Assembly (NCBI GenBank): GCA_000146045.2
Contig: BK006938.2
Location: 1,312,001 to 1,376,000 of the forward strand
Direction: 5' to 3'
DNA: 64,000 nt
Source: TPA_inf: Saccharomyces
Lineage: Eukaryota
The notes under the pieces are model-generated. The model saw only the letters and a program-made list of their open reading frames with translations. It was not told the DNA's origin and did not search any database. Made by a program: the position numbers and the translations under genes. How positions within the stretch are numbered: the stretch's first letter is position 1; each line of letters begins with the position of its first letter. Positions 40,354 through 50,877 of this stretch are shown in pieces.

Positions 40354-40464
40354 GTTTGATGATTTATAATGTATACGTAAAAAAAAATATCATAGATGAA
40401 ATAAAAGTTTCTTAAGAATATCACAATGACCACAATAAAGTGTGGATGTTGTTTAAAAAAAAGA

Positions 40465-40537
40465 TAGCCCTGTAGGGGGCTCGAACCCCTAACCTTATGA
40501 TTAAGAGTCATACGCGCTACCGATTGCGCCAACAAGG
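40465..40537 (-). tRNA. tK(CUU): tRNA-Lys (anticodon CUU), 73 nt, no intron
   Basis: Reverse complement GCCTTGTTGGCGCAATCGGTAGCGCGTATGACTCTTAATCATAAGGTTAGGGGTTCGAGCCCCCTACAGGGCT folds as a cloverleaf: 7-bp acceptor stem, D-arm GCGC/GCGC, anticodon loop CTCTTAA with CTT at positions 34-36, T-arm AGGGG-TTCGAGC-CCCCT (B box GGTTCGAGC), discriminator T. Confidence 0.92.
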
Positions 40538-40633
40538 CTATTTCGTTGGAAAAACTAATTAATTTTGGAAGTAATAGGACATTAAACATGTTTGTTGCAA
40601 TGAAACTTTAAAATATCATCTGTTTAGTTTTAT

Positions 40634-40972
40634 TCATGTTACTTGTTGGAATAAAAATCAACTATCATCTACTAACTAGTATTTACGTTACTAGTATATT
40701 ATCATATACGGTGTTAGAAGATGACGCAAATGATGAGAAATAGTCATCTAAATTAGTGGAAGCTGAAACGCAAGGATTGATAATGTAATAGGATCAATGA
40801 ATATTAACATATAAAACGATGATAATAATATTTATAGAATTGTGTAGAATTGCAGATTCCCTTTTATGGATTCCTAAATCCTCGAGGAGAACTTCTAGTA
40901 TATCTACATACCTAATATTATAGCCTTAATCACAATGGAATCCCAACAATTACATCAAAATCCACATTCTCT
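40634..40972 (+). mobile_element. Ty1/Ty2 delta solo LTR, essentially full length (about 339 bp)
   Basis: Begins TGTTGGAATAAAAATCAACTATCATCTACTAACTAGTATTTACGTTACTAGTATATTATCATATACGGTGTTAGAAGATGACGCAAATGATGAGAAATAGTCATCTAAATTAGTGGAAGCTGAAACGCAAGGATTGATAATGTAATAGGATCAATGAATAT. Ends ...GGAATCCCAACAATTACATCAAAATCCACATTCTCT, the canonical delta sequence. It lies about 97 bp 5' of the minus-strand tRNA-Lys. Confidence 0.85.
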
Positions 40973-41230
40973 ACATTACTAGTATATTATCATATGCGGT
41001 TTAAGAAAATGGTATAAAGATTAAGAAACAGTCATGAAAATTTAGTGAAGCTGAAATGCCAGTATTGATAATACGATAGAATAATGAATGACAAAGTATA
41101 TAAGGAAGATGAAGTAACATTATTATGGAGAACTATCGACTCCCTTTTGTGAATTTCTATATCCTCAAGGAGAATTGCTTGTATACTATGTATATATAAT
41201 ATTATAACCCTTGACAACAATGGAATAATT
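40973..41230 (+). mobile_element. Second, 5'-truncated and diverged delta LTR fragment abutting the first (nested or tandem Ty insertion remnant)
   Basis: Starts at delta-internal CATTACTAGTATATTATCATATGCGGT..., with recognisable but diverged delta blocks (TAGTGAAGCTGAAATGCCAGTATTGATAATACGATAGAATAATGAATGACAAAGTATAT...TCCTCAAGGAGAATTGCTTGTATACTATGTATATATAATATTATAACCCTTGACAACAATGGAATAA). About 80% identity to the first copy by eye. Confidence 0.65.
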
Positions 41231-41724
41231 AGTCCTTAAACGTTAGACTGGCTGGGACAGCACGACCTCTGTTGGCTAATTTTACTTTTCCCACAACCGT
41301 AGATCTTGATTTCATGACTGTTTTCGTGGTAATGTCCGAATGATACATATATAAGTTATATGCTTTCACTTTATAAGTATTAGCGTTTTTACTCACCATC
41401 CACTGCTTTGAGAAGATGTGGTCAGCAACCACGCAATACATCACATATTTTGGCACGGGTGATGTACCGATCTAATGGCTAAGCTTCCTTTTGGAAGCTG
41501 ATAGAGATCCAGATTTGCATCTCTATCGCTATTGTCGTCATCGACACTGCTCACTTAGTGCTGCAGGTAAATTCCGTTTTTTTCCAAATTAATATTTATG
41601 AACGTTATGATGTCAAGTTTTTTCAAGAAGTAATTATCCGCGAAAAAAAGAATATAAAAAATACAAATGTGCATAGATCCTCACATAGTATACAACTAAA
41701 AAGCAAACAAAAGAACATCCTCAA

Positions 41725-42633
41725 ATGACTGTTATAAAGACAGAACCAACAACAGAAGTGACATTATATTCTCCACCATCAAAAGAATCTTTAAGTAAAG
41801 ATGACGCCCACAGAAAAAAACAAAATAATAAACCACCTTCGAGTATAAATAGCCGCTCAGGACCAAATAAGCATAAACTTGCCGCCAAAGCACCGGAAAA
41901 GAAAATCAATAACACAGATAAACAAGACCTCTCTGCCTTTTTATTAAATCCTTCCCTTATTGTTAAACCTTCTGAGAGCAAAAAAAAAGAAAATATTGTG
42001 GCCTATAATGATACACCAGGTATAAAAACAGAACATACAGCGTTTCAGCCGCTGACACCAATTTCGAAAAAAAGGGCCCTGAAAGAGAAAGCAGCATCAG
42101 AAAAATGTGATAGCTTTGATCTTTCCAGAGACGAGAAGCCTTATATTCAGAAAAAGTCAAAGACGCTTTCTTCCGTCACAGAGATTAATTCCTCAGAATA
42201 TAAACTCTCACTAAATGGCGAAAATACATCATCCCCAGCTAAGGAAAAATCGCAAGAACCCATAGAAAATCCTGGAAGTTACCAAAAAACAAGAAATTAC
42301 CTTTTTGAAAAGCCCGATCCTTTAGACACGTGCCTTCAGGACTACTCGAGTATGCTACCGTCAAATGTAGCAGAAGAAGATCAAGAATATTTTATCAGCG
42401 TAGCTGATTCGACATTGGAGGAGTGGACTAACAAGGGCCAGGAAATTATTGACCAACAGTTCCAGCTCTACCAAGAAATAATCAAGAAACGAATAGAACT
42501 AAGCTACAAATTTAAGGGTATTATTTCTGTAATCAATGATAGGGCAGATGCCCTAGAAGAACAGGGTCAACAACTAGAAGGAAAAATTAAGAAAGTTAAA
42601 ACTTTGGCTAATGAAATTCTCAATATTATATAA
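41725..42633 (+). CDS. ECM11: Meiosis-specific synaptonemal-complex protein Ecm11, 302 aa
   Basis: 302-aa ORF with a basic/Ser-rich N-terminus and a C-terminal coiled-coil (QEIIDQQFQLYQEIIKKRIELSYKFKGIISV...LEEQGQQLEGKIKKVKTLANEILNII). Length and position fit YDR446W. Confidence 0.72.
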   Translation: MTVIKTEPTTEVTLYSPPSKESLSKDDAHRKKQNNKPPSSINSRSGPNKHKLAAKAPEKKINNTDKQDLSAFLLNPSLIVKPSESKKKENIVAYNDTPGIKTEHTAFQPLTPISKKRALKEKAASEKCDSFDLSRDEKPYIQKKSKTLSSVTEINSSEYKLSLNGENTSSPAKEKSQEPIENPGSYQKTRNYLFEKPDPLDTCLQDYSSMLPSNVAEEDQEYFISVADSTLEEWTNKGQEIIDQQFQLYQEIIKKRIELSYKFKGIISVINDRADALEEQGQQLEGKIKKVKTLANEILNII

Positions 42634-42828
42634 ACGCTTCATAAAGTTGATCAAAGGTGCTATATTCAGTAACAAAATGCTTATAATTAAGAGAATACAT
42701 CCCTAATAATGAATCATATCTTTCATATTTTAGATGATATTGAAATTATTTAACTATACATAAGGAGAGTCCTCAATGAAATGGAGTAAAACAGACGACA
42801 TGATAATAACTATATCAATTCATGCTTT

Positions 42829-43553
42829 TTAGTTTCTCTTTCTGTAACGTCTGTCTCTTTGAGCGGAAACGTTGATGACAGATAATGGCAACTTCAAACC
42901 CAAAGATTTAACCAAGTCAGAGGTTTGGTTGTCAACGTTCAAAACACCGTTAGAACGAGACAAGTCCAAAGCAGAGACTTCTGGGACGTATTGATCCTTT
43001 CTTTCTCTTTCTTCTTCTTGCAATTTGAAAGAAATACCTCTAACTGGACCCTTTTGGATTCTTTTCATCAAATGAGTAGTGTAACCAGCAATCTTGTTTC
43101 TCAATCTCTTGGATTGGATAGTTGCAATTTCATCACAAAGTCTCTTGTTAGTTTGGAAATCCAAGGTCAACTTTGGATAGTAACGTTCAATCAAAGCCTT
43201 GGAGGCACGTTTGACGGTCTTGGTTCTAACTCTACCCTATAAAAATAGCAATAATCAAATGAGACAACTTAAGTTAGTAAATACCTCTCTTCAAGACCAT
43301 TGGATAAGATAGAATGTGCCATTCGAAAGCAATTGGTTATTTGGTGATCTTTTAAATATCTACTACTTCATTGAGCGCTCTTCTAAACTAATCAGTAATG
43401 GAGTTTTCTAATCTGCTCATAAATAAGAATGCCCTGCTGGTCCCCTCGTTCCCATAACGCTTTCAATCTCTCTGCAAACCTTGCCCTCATTTCATGTGTT
43501 CAGCGCCCAGTCCATCATATCCGGCTTCATCAACATCTCGTGGTACGTACCAT
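42829..43553 (-). CDS. RPS17B: Ribosomal protein S17 (eS17), 136 aa. Exon 1 = ATG only (43553..43551), intron 43550..43237 (314 nt), exon 2 43236..42829
   Basis: Exon 2 translates [83 protein letters not shown].... Minus strand shows ATG|GTACGT (5' splice site GUACGU) and TACTAAC (plus-strand gttagta at about 43273) 30-40 nt upstream of a tatag|GGTAGAGTT acceptor. No alternative ATG-GTATGT exists nearby. Confidence 0.83.
43237..43550 (-). other. RPS17B intron (314 nt), 5'ss GUACGU, branch UACUAAC, 3'ss UAG
   Basis: See RPS17B CDS entry. Boundaries were determined by restoring the MGRVRTK reading frame. Confidence 0.78.
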
Positions 43554-43838
43554 TTTTATCTGCTTTTTTCTTTATCTATTTATTCTTCTCTAGGTTATAC
43601 AACGCAAAATAAATAATTAATATGTAAAATATCTGTTTACTTGAAATTTACCCTTAACAGAGGTACTAACGGGAGGAAGGACTGGCCTTGCTCCGGTAGA
43701 CCTCGATGCCTGAACCTTCTCCCTCATCTCGAAACGGTACGACCTCTGAGAAAACGATATCAATCAATGCGCGTCTTCCAGATGAAATTCTTCGGAATGC
43801 CCATAATACGAAAAACTAACGATGGAAAAAATACTATA

Positions 43839-43875
43839 AATGTATGGGTGTAATTTTAACCGAATGTATGGATGT
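43839..43875 (-). promoter_or_regulatory. Two tandem Rap1 binding sites (ACACCCATACATT at 43851..43839 and ACATCCATACATT at 43875..43863 on the minus strand), about 290-320 bp upstream of the RPS17B ATG
   Basis: Plus strand aatgtatgggtgt and aatgtatggatgt; the reverse complements match the Rap1 consensus ACAYCCRTACATY 13/13 and 13/13. They are oriented toward RPS17B and spaced 24 bp apart, typical of ribosomal-protein gene promoters. Confidence 0.7.
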
Positions 43876-44064
43876 TACAGGGAGCTTTATATATGTAGAA
43901 AATTCCAGACGTTCCAAACAAATAAGTGAAAATCAACACGATTGGGAAAGTACATGCCAGAGTTCGATGTTTAGGTTAATGATAAAAATAATTTTTCTCT
44001 AATCACCCTCCATTTTCGATAAAATATCAGCGTAGTCTGAAAATATATACATTAAGCAAAAAGA

Positions 44065-45369
44065 ATGTCAAACAAGTTTCACTGTGACGTTTGTTCAGCT
44101 GATTGCACGAACAGAGTGAGGGTTTCATGTGCTATTTGTCCCGAATACGACTTATGCGTGCCCTGCTTTTCACAAGGCTCGTATACAGGAAAGCATCGCC
44201 CTTACCATGATTATAGGATAATAGAGACCAATTCATACCCCATTCTCTGTCCTGATTGGGGTGCCGATGAAGAATTGCAGTTGATTAAAGGCGCACAGAC
44301 TTTAGGGCTCGGTAATTGGCAGGATATTGCTGACCATATAGGCAGCAGAGGCAAAGAAGAAGTTAAGGAACATTACCTAAAATATTATCTGGAAAGCAAA
44401 TACTATCCAATACCTGATATTACCCAAAATATACATGTCCCACAAGATGAATTTTTGGAACAGCGAAGGCATAGAATCGAGTCCTTCCGGGAGAGGCCGC
44501 TAGAGCCTCCAAGAAAGCCCATGGCATCGGTTCCTAGCTGCCATGAAGTACAGGGGTTTATGCCGGGCAGATTAGAATTTGAAACAGAATTCGAAAATGA
44601 AGCTGAAGGTCCCGTAAAGGATATGGTTTTTGAACCTGATGACCAGCCCTTAGACATTGAATTGAAGTTTGCCATCTTGGACATTTACAATTCTAGATTG
44701 ACAACCAGAGCAGAAAAGAAAAGGCTATTATTTGAAAACCATTTAATGGATTACAGAAAGTTGCAAGCTATTGACAAAAAGAGGAGCAAAGAAGCCAAAG
44801 AATTGTATAACCGCATAAAACCTTTTGCTCGTGTTATGACTGCACAGGATTTTGAGGAATTTAGCAAGGATATATTAGAAGAATTGCATTGCAGGGCAAG
44901 AATACAGCAATTACAAGAATGGAGAAGCAATGGGTTAACCACGTTAGAAGCAGGTCTTAAGTATGAACGAGATAAGCAAGCTAGAATTAGCAGTTTCGAG
45001 AAATTTGGCGCTTCTACGGCGGCGTCACTCAGTGAGGGCAATAGCCGTTATAGGTCGAATTCTGCACATAGGTCGAACGCAGAATACAGCCAAAACTACA
45101 GCGAAAATGGCGGTAGAAAGAAAAATATGACCATTAGCGATATACAGCATGCACCTGACTATGCACTGTTGTCCAACGACGAGCAGCAACTTTGTATTCA
45201 ACTGAAAATTTTACCTAAACCGTATCTCGTTCTAAAAGAGGTAATGTTCAGAGAACTGTTGAAGACTGGGGGTAATCTAAGCAAAAGCGCATGTAGGGAA
45301 CTACTTAATATAGACCCCATAAAAGCGAATAGAATATACGATTTTTTCCAGAGCCAGAATTGGATGTAA
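44065..45369 (+). CDS. ADA2: SAGA/ADA transcriptional adaptor Ada2, 434 aa (ZZ zinc finger, SANT, SWIRM)
   Basis: N-terminal ZZ finger CDVCSADC...CAICPEYDLCVPCF, SANT domain WGADEELQLIKGAQTLGLGNWQDIADHIG and C-terminal SWIRM-like region. 434 aa, N-terminus MSNKFHCDVC as recalled. Confidence 0.9.
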   Translation: MSNKFHCDVCSADCTNRVRVSCAICPEYDLCVPCFSQGSYTGKHRPYHDYRIIETNSYPILCPDWGADEELQLIKGAQTLGLGNWQDIADHIGSRGKEEVKEHYLKYYLESKYYPIPDITQNIHVPQDEFLEQRRHRIESFRERPLEPPRKPMASVPSCHEVQGFMPGRLEFETEFENEAEGPVKDMVFEPDDQPLDIELKFAILDIYNSRLTTRAEKKRLLFENHLMDYRKLQAIDKKRSKEAKELYNRIKPFARVMTAQDFEEFSKDILEELHCRARIQQLQEWRSNGLTTLEAGLKYERDKQARISSFEKFGASTAASLSEGNSRYRSNSAHRSNAEYSQNYSENGGRKKNMTISDIQHAPDYALLSNDEQQLCIQLKILPKPYLVLKEVMFRELLKTGGNLSKSACRELLNIDPIKANRIYDFFQSQNWM

Positions 45370-45471
45370 CAAAAAAAAAATTGAAAAGTAACTACAATTG
45401 TCACTAGTTATTATTGGCCAAGTCATAAAGGGACCTTGTCTCGATTTTATATACCGTATATCGGTTCTTTC

Positions 45472-45474
<3 letters not shown>

Positions 45475-45510
<36 letters not shown>

Positions 45511-45519
45511 GTTGTAATA
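45475..45519. repeat. Uninterrupted poly(dT)45 / poly(dA)45 homopolymer between the convergent 3' ends of ADA2 and UTP6
   Basis: Counted directly: T from 45475 to 45519 with no interruption (g at 45520). Confidence 0.97.
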
Positions 45520-45579
45520 TTAAAAGAATAAACATTTATCTGATATGTAATTGCATTTATAAAATGTACAGTACCGCAT

Positions 45580-46902
45580 TTAAAGTTTGCTGATAATTAA
45601 ATCTAGAATTTTATACCTAGGATCATCTTCTGCATTCATCTTTTTCAAATAATTGTCTTGTAAATATGAACGATACTCATTTTTCAATGACTTCACCGAT
45701 GCGCTATCCAATTTCGATATATATGCAAAATACTTCTTAACAGACAATTGTAATTGATCAATATCGAGTTTCTCAACTGGCATATATCTGATATTTAGAG
45801 TGATGTCAATCATTACTGTTTTCAAATACAATTCTGGTAGATCCTTACGGAGCGAAAGGTCATACATGTCATTTTTCCAAAACTGCAACACGTGATTGAT
45901 AAGATAGTCTCTTTCCAAGTCTAAAAATTCATCAAATAGTTTAATATACCTTAGTGACTCACTGAATAGGTAATTCAAGGTCTCCTTATTTAGTTCAATA
46001 TTCATTTTGGAATCTGAGATGGCATAGTAACCCTTATGCTTATTAATATAATGCTTGCCCAAAGTCTTCATACACACATCGAAAATAGTTAATGCAATGT
46101 CACCGCGTAATGCTGGGTTGGTCTCTGCATTACCTAGTACGCTGATGTCTGCCTCTGGTAACTCGTTTAATTTATCTTTCATTGAATCACCAGTGGATGG
46201 AACTTGTAAATGAGATTTTTCTTCGTCGGGGGCTTGGTTATTCTTTTGTTCATTTTGCATGTCGAGCTCCTGCTCTCTTTCATTGATTAAACCCATCACT
46301 TTTCTTCTGTTAATCAACTTAGTGATGAAATTCAGCTCGAATTTTACATATTCATACCATAGCTTAGGCACATCAGGGTTAAACCTCAACCCATTCTGAA
46401 AAATATTTCTACAACTCTTGAAGTTAGCATGAACTTCATATTCGTATTTCGCACAACTAATCCAAATGTCCACATTCGTTGGGTGCAACTTTAGAAGCTG
46501 ATTATAAATGTTGTGAATTTTTTTGTATGATGTTTGGTTACCTCTCGCTTTCATGTAGTTCAAATACATTGCCCAAAACTTTAAATCTTGTGGAAATTTG
46601 TTCGTTCCTCTTTGATAAATAAAACCTATTCTTTGTTGAATAGACCAATCAGATAGACTGTTCGTCTTTTTAACCTGTAAGATTCTCTTACACCGCTTGG
46701 CACGTAATTTATTGACGTTACTTTCATAGTTAATGTATTTTATATAGTCATTTATGCTAGACCCTCTGGAATTTAATCTATGCTCAAAATCAGTTCTTTT
46801 CTTCATAATTAATGAAACTTCATTTTTAGTGAATAGTCCTTTCTCCACCAAGTCATCCATTTCAGGAATACATTGTTCCAAATAGTATCTTGTCTTCGAC
46901 AT
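45580..46902 (-). CDS. UTP6: SSU processome (U3 snoRNP) HAT-repeat protein Utp6, 440 aa
   Basis: 440-aa ORF beginning [43 protein letters not shown], with HAT/TPR-like repeats (W..Y..FE). Matches recollection of Utp6 (YDR449C). Confidence 0.85.
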
Positions 46903-47610
46903 TATTAGAAATCGGTGATGTGTGTATCTCTGGTCAATTTCACAATGTTATGCCCTTAGATATGTGTTTATTCACGTTCACTGTGTGTTCCTGATATTTA
47001 GCTCATCGCCCAGATCTTTCTAAAAAATTTTCAAGAGAATACCCGGATGAAAAAGCGTGTTCGGATTCCCATCACTTAATGAAGCTTATATCTGACAGCG
47101 CAGGAAAAGCACAAAATAGAACCTAGCCACTTCGCGTAAAAGCTCATAATGTTAACGATATAGTAATATTTTGACGCATCGAACTTTATCACCCGCAGCA
47201 TAAAGTACTGATACTACAAGTTTTTTTCGTTATTCTTACCGGTATTGCGCTAAAGCAGTTTTGCACCTGAAAACAAGTAAAAATAGGACTTGAAAAAATT
47301 AAATAGCATACATGTATAATATAATCTTGATCACGGCAAGTGTTTCAATAGAGATGTGGTTATAATTTGTCACTTGTGCAGTCAATACCTTAAATTAACT
47401 TTTACAAAGTATTTTTTTTAAACGGCCCATGAGCATAAATTGAGAACGATATTATTAATTCTAGTATATTTTAGGAACAGCAGGCCATTATATCCAAAAC
47501 TTTTTTAAAATAGCATCCACATCACTTACTGGCGTACAGTTTCGTGTCTGGCAACAAAAAAGTACATTTAATTTCAATGATTAAAAAGACATTAAACATC
47601 CGTACATTAC

Positions 47611-47624
47611 GCACCCATGCATGC
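47611..47624 (+). promoter_or_regulatory. Rap1-like site (gCACCCATgCATg, 10/13 to consensus) about 310 bp upstream of RPS18A
   Basis: Sits in a locally GC-rich block (47600-47830) upstream of a ribosomal-protein gene. Imperfect match, so tentative. Confidence 0.35.
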
Positions 47625-47922
47625 TATCTGAAAATATTCTACATGCTGCTTTTAGAAATTTGAAGCGGCATATGGTGTTTCCTTGCGGAGACGCGCGCTC
47701 AGGGGAACTGCGATTCCGAAAGATGCCTTTCCCAGTCCCATATGCCCATCCCAAGATCATGCCCGGGAGAGCAAATGTCGCCCCAGCCAGGTCGGACACA
47801 TCTGTCATTCGACCACTAAGTATTGTCAAAGCTAGGGTTAATTGAAGATAGCTCTACATGTTATTAGTAGAGTTTTTAAACGTTGAGATACTAGTGAACG
47901 TATACACAAGAGCGGATAAAAG

Positions 47923-48798
47923 ATGTCTTTAGTTGTCCAAGAACAAGGTTCCTTCCAACACATTTTACGGTATGTTTATTATTACTAGTGAGCTATGACA
48001 AAATCGGCTAAAAACTTAAAAATATGACAGACAAGAAAGGAAATTCATTCACCTCTTTAATCGTGGCGATTATTCGCTAACGACGTGATTAAATATAATA
48101 ATGATGTTCCCGGGCTGGACTAAGAACGTAATAATAAGGCTGATGAACAAATTTATGGTTTATGCATCAAAAAGGAACATGAATTTGGCATAAGCGCACA
48201 TAATTACGGAACATTGCAATAGCGGTCGGAGGTAAAGTACCGGGAATGCTTTACAATGAATCAGCTATTGGCGGATATTGACCAACCAACACTAAAATTT
48301 TATATCCTGCTCCGATTTTTGTCTTGGCCGTGAAATCCATTATGCACATTTTTTACTAACGTTTATCAATAAGTTCGGTTTCCCGTCTAAATTTTTTTAC
48401 GCAGTTTGTTGAACACTAACGTTGACGGTAACATTAAGATCGTTTACGCTTTGACCACTATCAAGGGTGTTGGTCGTCGTTACTCCAACTTGGTCTGTAA
48501 GAAGGCTGATGTTGATTTACACAAGAGAGCTGGTGAATTGACCCAAGAAGAATTGGAAAGAATTGTTCAAATTATGCAAAACCCAACTCACTACAAAATC
48601 CCAGCTTGGTTCTTGAACCGTCAAAATGACATCACTGATGGTAAGGACTACCACACTTTGGCTAACAACGTCGAATCCAAATTGAGAGATGACTTGGAAA
48701 GATTAAAGAAAATCAGAGCTCATCGTGGTATCAGACACTTCTGGGGTTTGCGTGTTAGAGGTCAACACACCAAGACCACTGGTAGAAGAAGAGCTTAA
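47923..48798 (+). CDS. RPS18A: Ribosomal protein S18 (uS13), 146 aa. Exon 1 47923..47969, intron 47970..48404 (435 nt), exon 2 48405..48798
   Basis: Exon 1 ATGTCTTTAGTTGTCCAAGAACAAGGTTCCTTCCAACACATTTTACG|GTATGT encodes [23 protein letters not shown] at about 48352 and acgcag|TTTGTTGAAC restore ...[27 protein letters not shown].... The track's 48406 ORF begins at an in-frame TTG, not a real start. Confidence 0.9.
47970..48404 (+). other. RPS18A intron (435 nt): GUAUGU ... UACUAAC ... CAG
   Basis: Canonical yeast 5'ss, branch point and 3'ss read directly. Removal joins two coding segments into the conserved uS13 sequence. Confidence 0.88.
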
Positions 48799-49119
48799 AC
48801 TGATAAGATTATTCAAGCTTAATCTTTTTTGTACGAGTACATATATTTCCATAGCACTTCCTAATTGACTTTTTTTTAAAATAAATAAAGAAAAGAAAAT
48901 TAATTTTGTGACCATAATTTCAACTTGCCTTTTTTTTGTACAGGGTTTCAGGGATAAATGGACCCTTGAAAGAATATAATATTACATCTCTATATAGATT
49001 TATGAAACAGGCCGCTTTAAATCTAAAAAAAAACGTTGGTGTAGTCTCAGTCATTACTTTGTGTAGTTTTTGTTAATATTGATAGCATCAGTGCTCAAGA
49101 AAATAAACACTGAGAAAGA

Positions 49120-50181
49120 TTAGTTTTTGAAAGAATTGAGATCGACCTCCCCAAGGGGTTTTCTTTCGTATGCATTGAACTTTAGGCGGTTTTCCTTGCC
49201 TTTAGGACTTTTGATAATCTCGCTATGACCGGTATTTGATAATGTTCTCTTAACAAGCACAGATTTCCTGTGGAACTTGAGCTGTCCGCCGGGCTTGCAA
49301 GGCGTTATGTGGTGGTCTTCGAAGATCGAGGACGTATTGGCAGGTGAAGTTTTCAGCAACTCTGCAGTAATAGCCTCCTTCGTACTCGTTGGCGTAGAGG
49401 TAATTTCCAACGCAGCGTCTGAGTAAGATATCATAGACATCGAATCATTAGAGTGAACTTTGCAATGGCTGGTGTTGCCACTGTTCTTGTGCTTTTTAGC
49501 AGCCTGCCTTTTGTTCTGAAACCATATTTGAACCGATTTTTCGGACATATTACATTGCTCGGATAACTCTATCCTTTTAGCCTTATTGGGCGTGGGACAT
49601 TCGTCAAATGCTGTTTGCAATATCCCAAGCTCATATGATGAAGTTCTTCTTCTTTTCCGACGAGCTAACCGAGCATTGTCTATCTTAGGCTCCTTCTTTG
49701 GAAAAGTTTCCTGTGAGTGTGTAATAAAGGCAAATGACCTTTTCTTTTCTTTTCTTGTGGTTGGTGTGAGAACAGCCTTTGCAGCAGATAGAGGAGTAAG
49801 AATATTAACTTTTTTATAAGAGTGCATACTCTGAGGTGGCTGCTCTTTAGAACAGACTCTGACCGTTGGCGTGAATGGTGAATGAGAGCTCAGCTTCTTG
49901 GGCTTGGATAAAGGCGTCATGGAAGTGGTTACACGTTGTGATAAGAAATCCACAGCCTGTGGACTTTTCCTTTTTGGCCTTTCCTCATCGCAAGGACTTT
50001 TATAAATATTTACCACTGGTCTCACAATGTGCGCAGATGCAGCTAATGGTGGCAACCTGATGTCACCTTGGTCATCACTAGGGAAGTTTGTATTTGGCAA
50101 AGTATGCAGTTGGAAAGGCGAATTAGAAGTACCTGTAATAATGTTTGGTAAAGAAGGAAGCACGGTATTTCTGCTTTCCAT
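49120..50181 (-). CDS. YHP1: Homeobox transcriptional repressor Yhp1, 353 aa
   Basis: Homeodomain visible ([57 protein letters not shown]) with the WFQNKR signature. Length 353 aa fits YDR451C. Confidence 0.82.
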
Positions 50182-50877
50182 GTTATATATATACGATATT
50201 TTGTGTTATTGTTATTTCCCTACAAATGCTAGTTACACTGGCTGGCGAGGGTAAAGAAGAAGATAATACGAATTATAATCTACGTTGGCAAGATCGGGAG
50301 GACGCCATATATATATTTATAAACATTCATCTGTGTGATCCAGATCAAACAAATAAACAATGAGTAAACGAAAAATCTGGCTGAAATGTCTCATGCTATT
50401 AACCCAATTCAGCATTGATATTAAAAATACCGACGTATCCCTGCACGGAAAGCGCGTCTGATGTTTACCATTCCGGGTTTTTGGCGCGCGTCATGTCCAA
50501 ATTAGGACGTGGTTTATAGCCGAAAGAGGAAATGTGATCTGCCCACCTGTGCGGCCCTTCTCTGAGCGTTTCGAGCAGGATGCATAATATGCTCCCTTCG
50601 TACGGTAGAGGACAAATATGACCATTACCCGACTATTGAGGACATATGTCGTTATTAGAATTTAGCACCTTTAAAGTTATATTGCACTTTTAATTACCAA
50701 GATTCATTTGAGAGTGTAAAGGGTTTTATGGTAGAATACAAGTCAGAAGAAGGCTAAAATCAACAGATCAATATTTTTTTTGGTTGTTGGGTTGGAGAAT
50801 TATAAAGTTTTTTTGATCTCCTTGTCTCCAGCTATTGTTTTCATTGAGTAGGGGTAGAGCTAGTTAGCTGCTTTTCG

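Noticed and set aside
41229-41456. 75-aa minus-strand ORF abutting the delta LTR (YDR445C-like)
   Set aside because: Short and unconserved-looking, immediately adjacent to Ty LTR debris. It corresponds to a dubious ORF and is more likely non-coding.
43641-43853. 70-aa plus-strand ORF in the RPS17B/ADA2 divergent promoter
   Set aside because: It contains the Rap1 sites and the promoter, and is not plausible as coding.
50182-50877. Looked for Pho4 CACGTG/CACGTT sites in the PPN1 promoter
   Set aside because: Only partial matches (ccacgtcc, cacctg) are present. I cannot support a Pho4 site from sequence alone.
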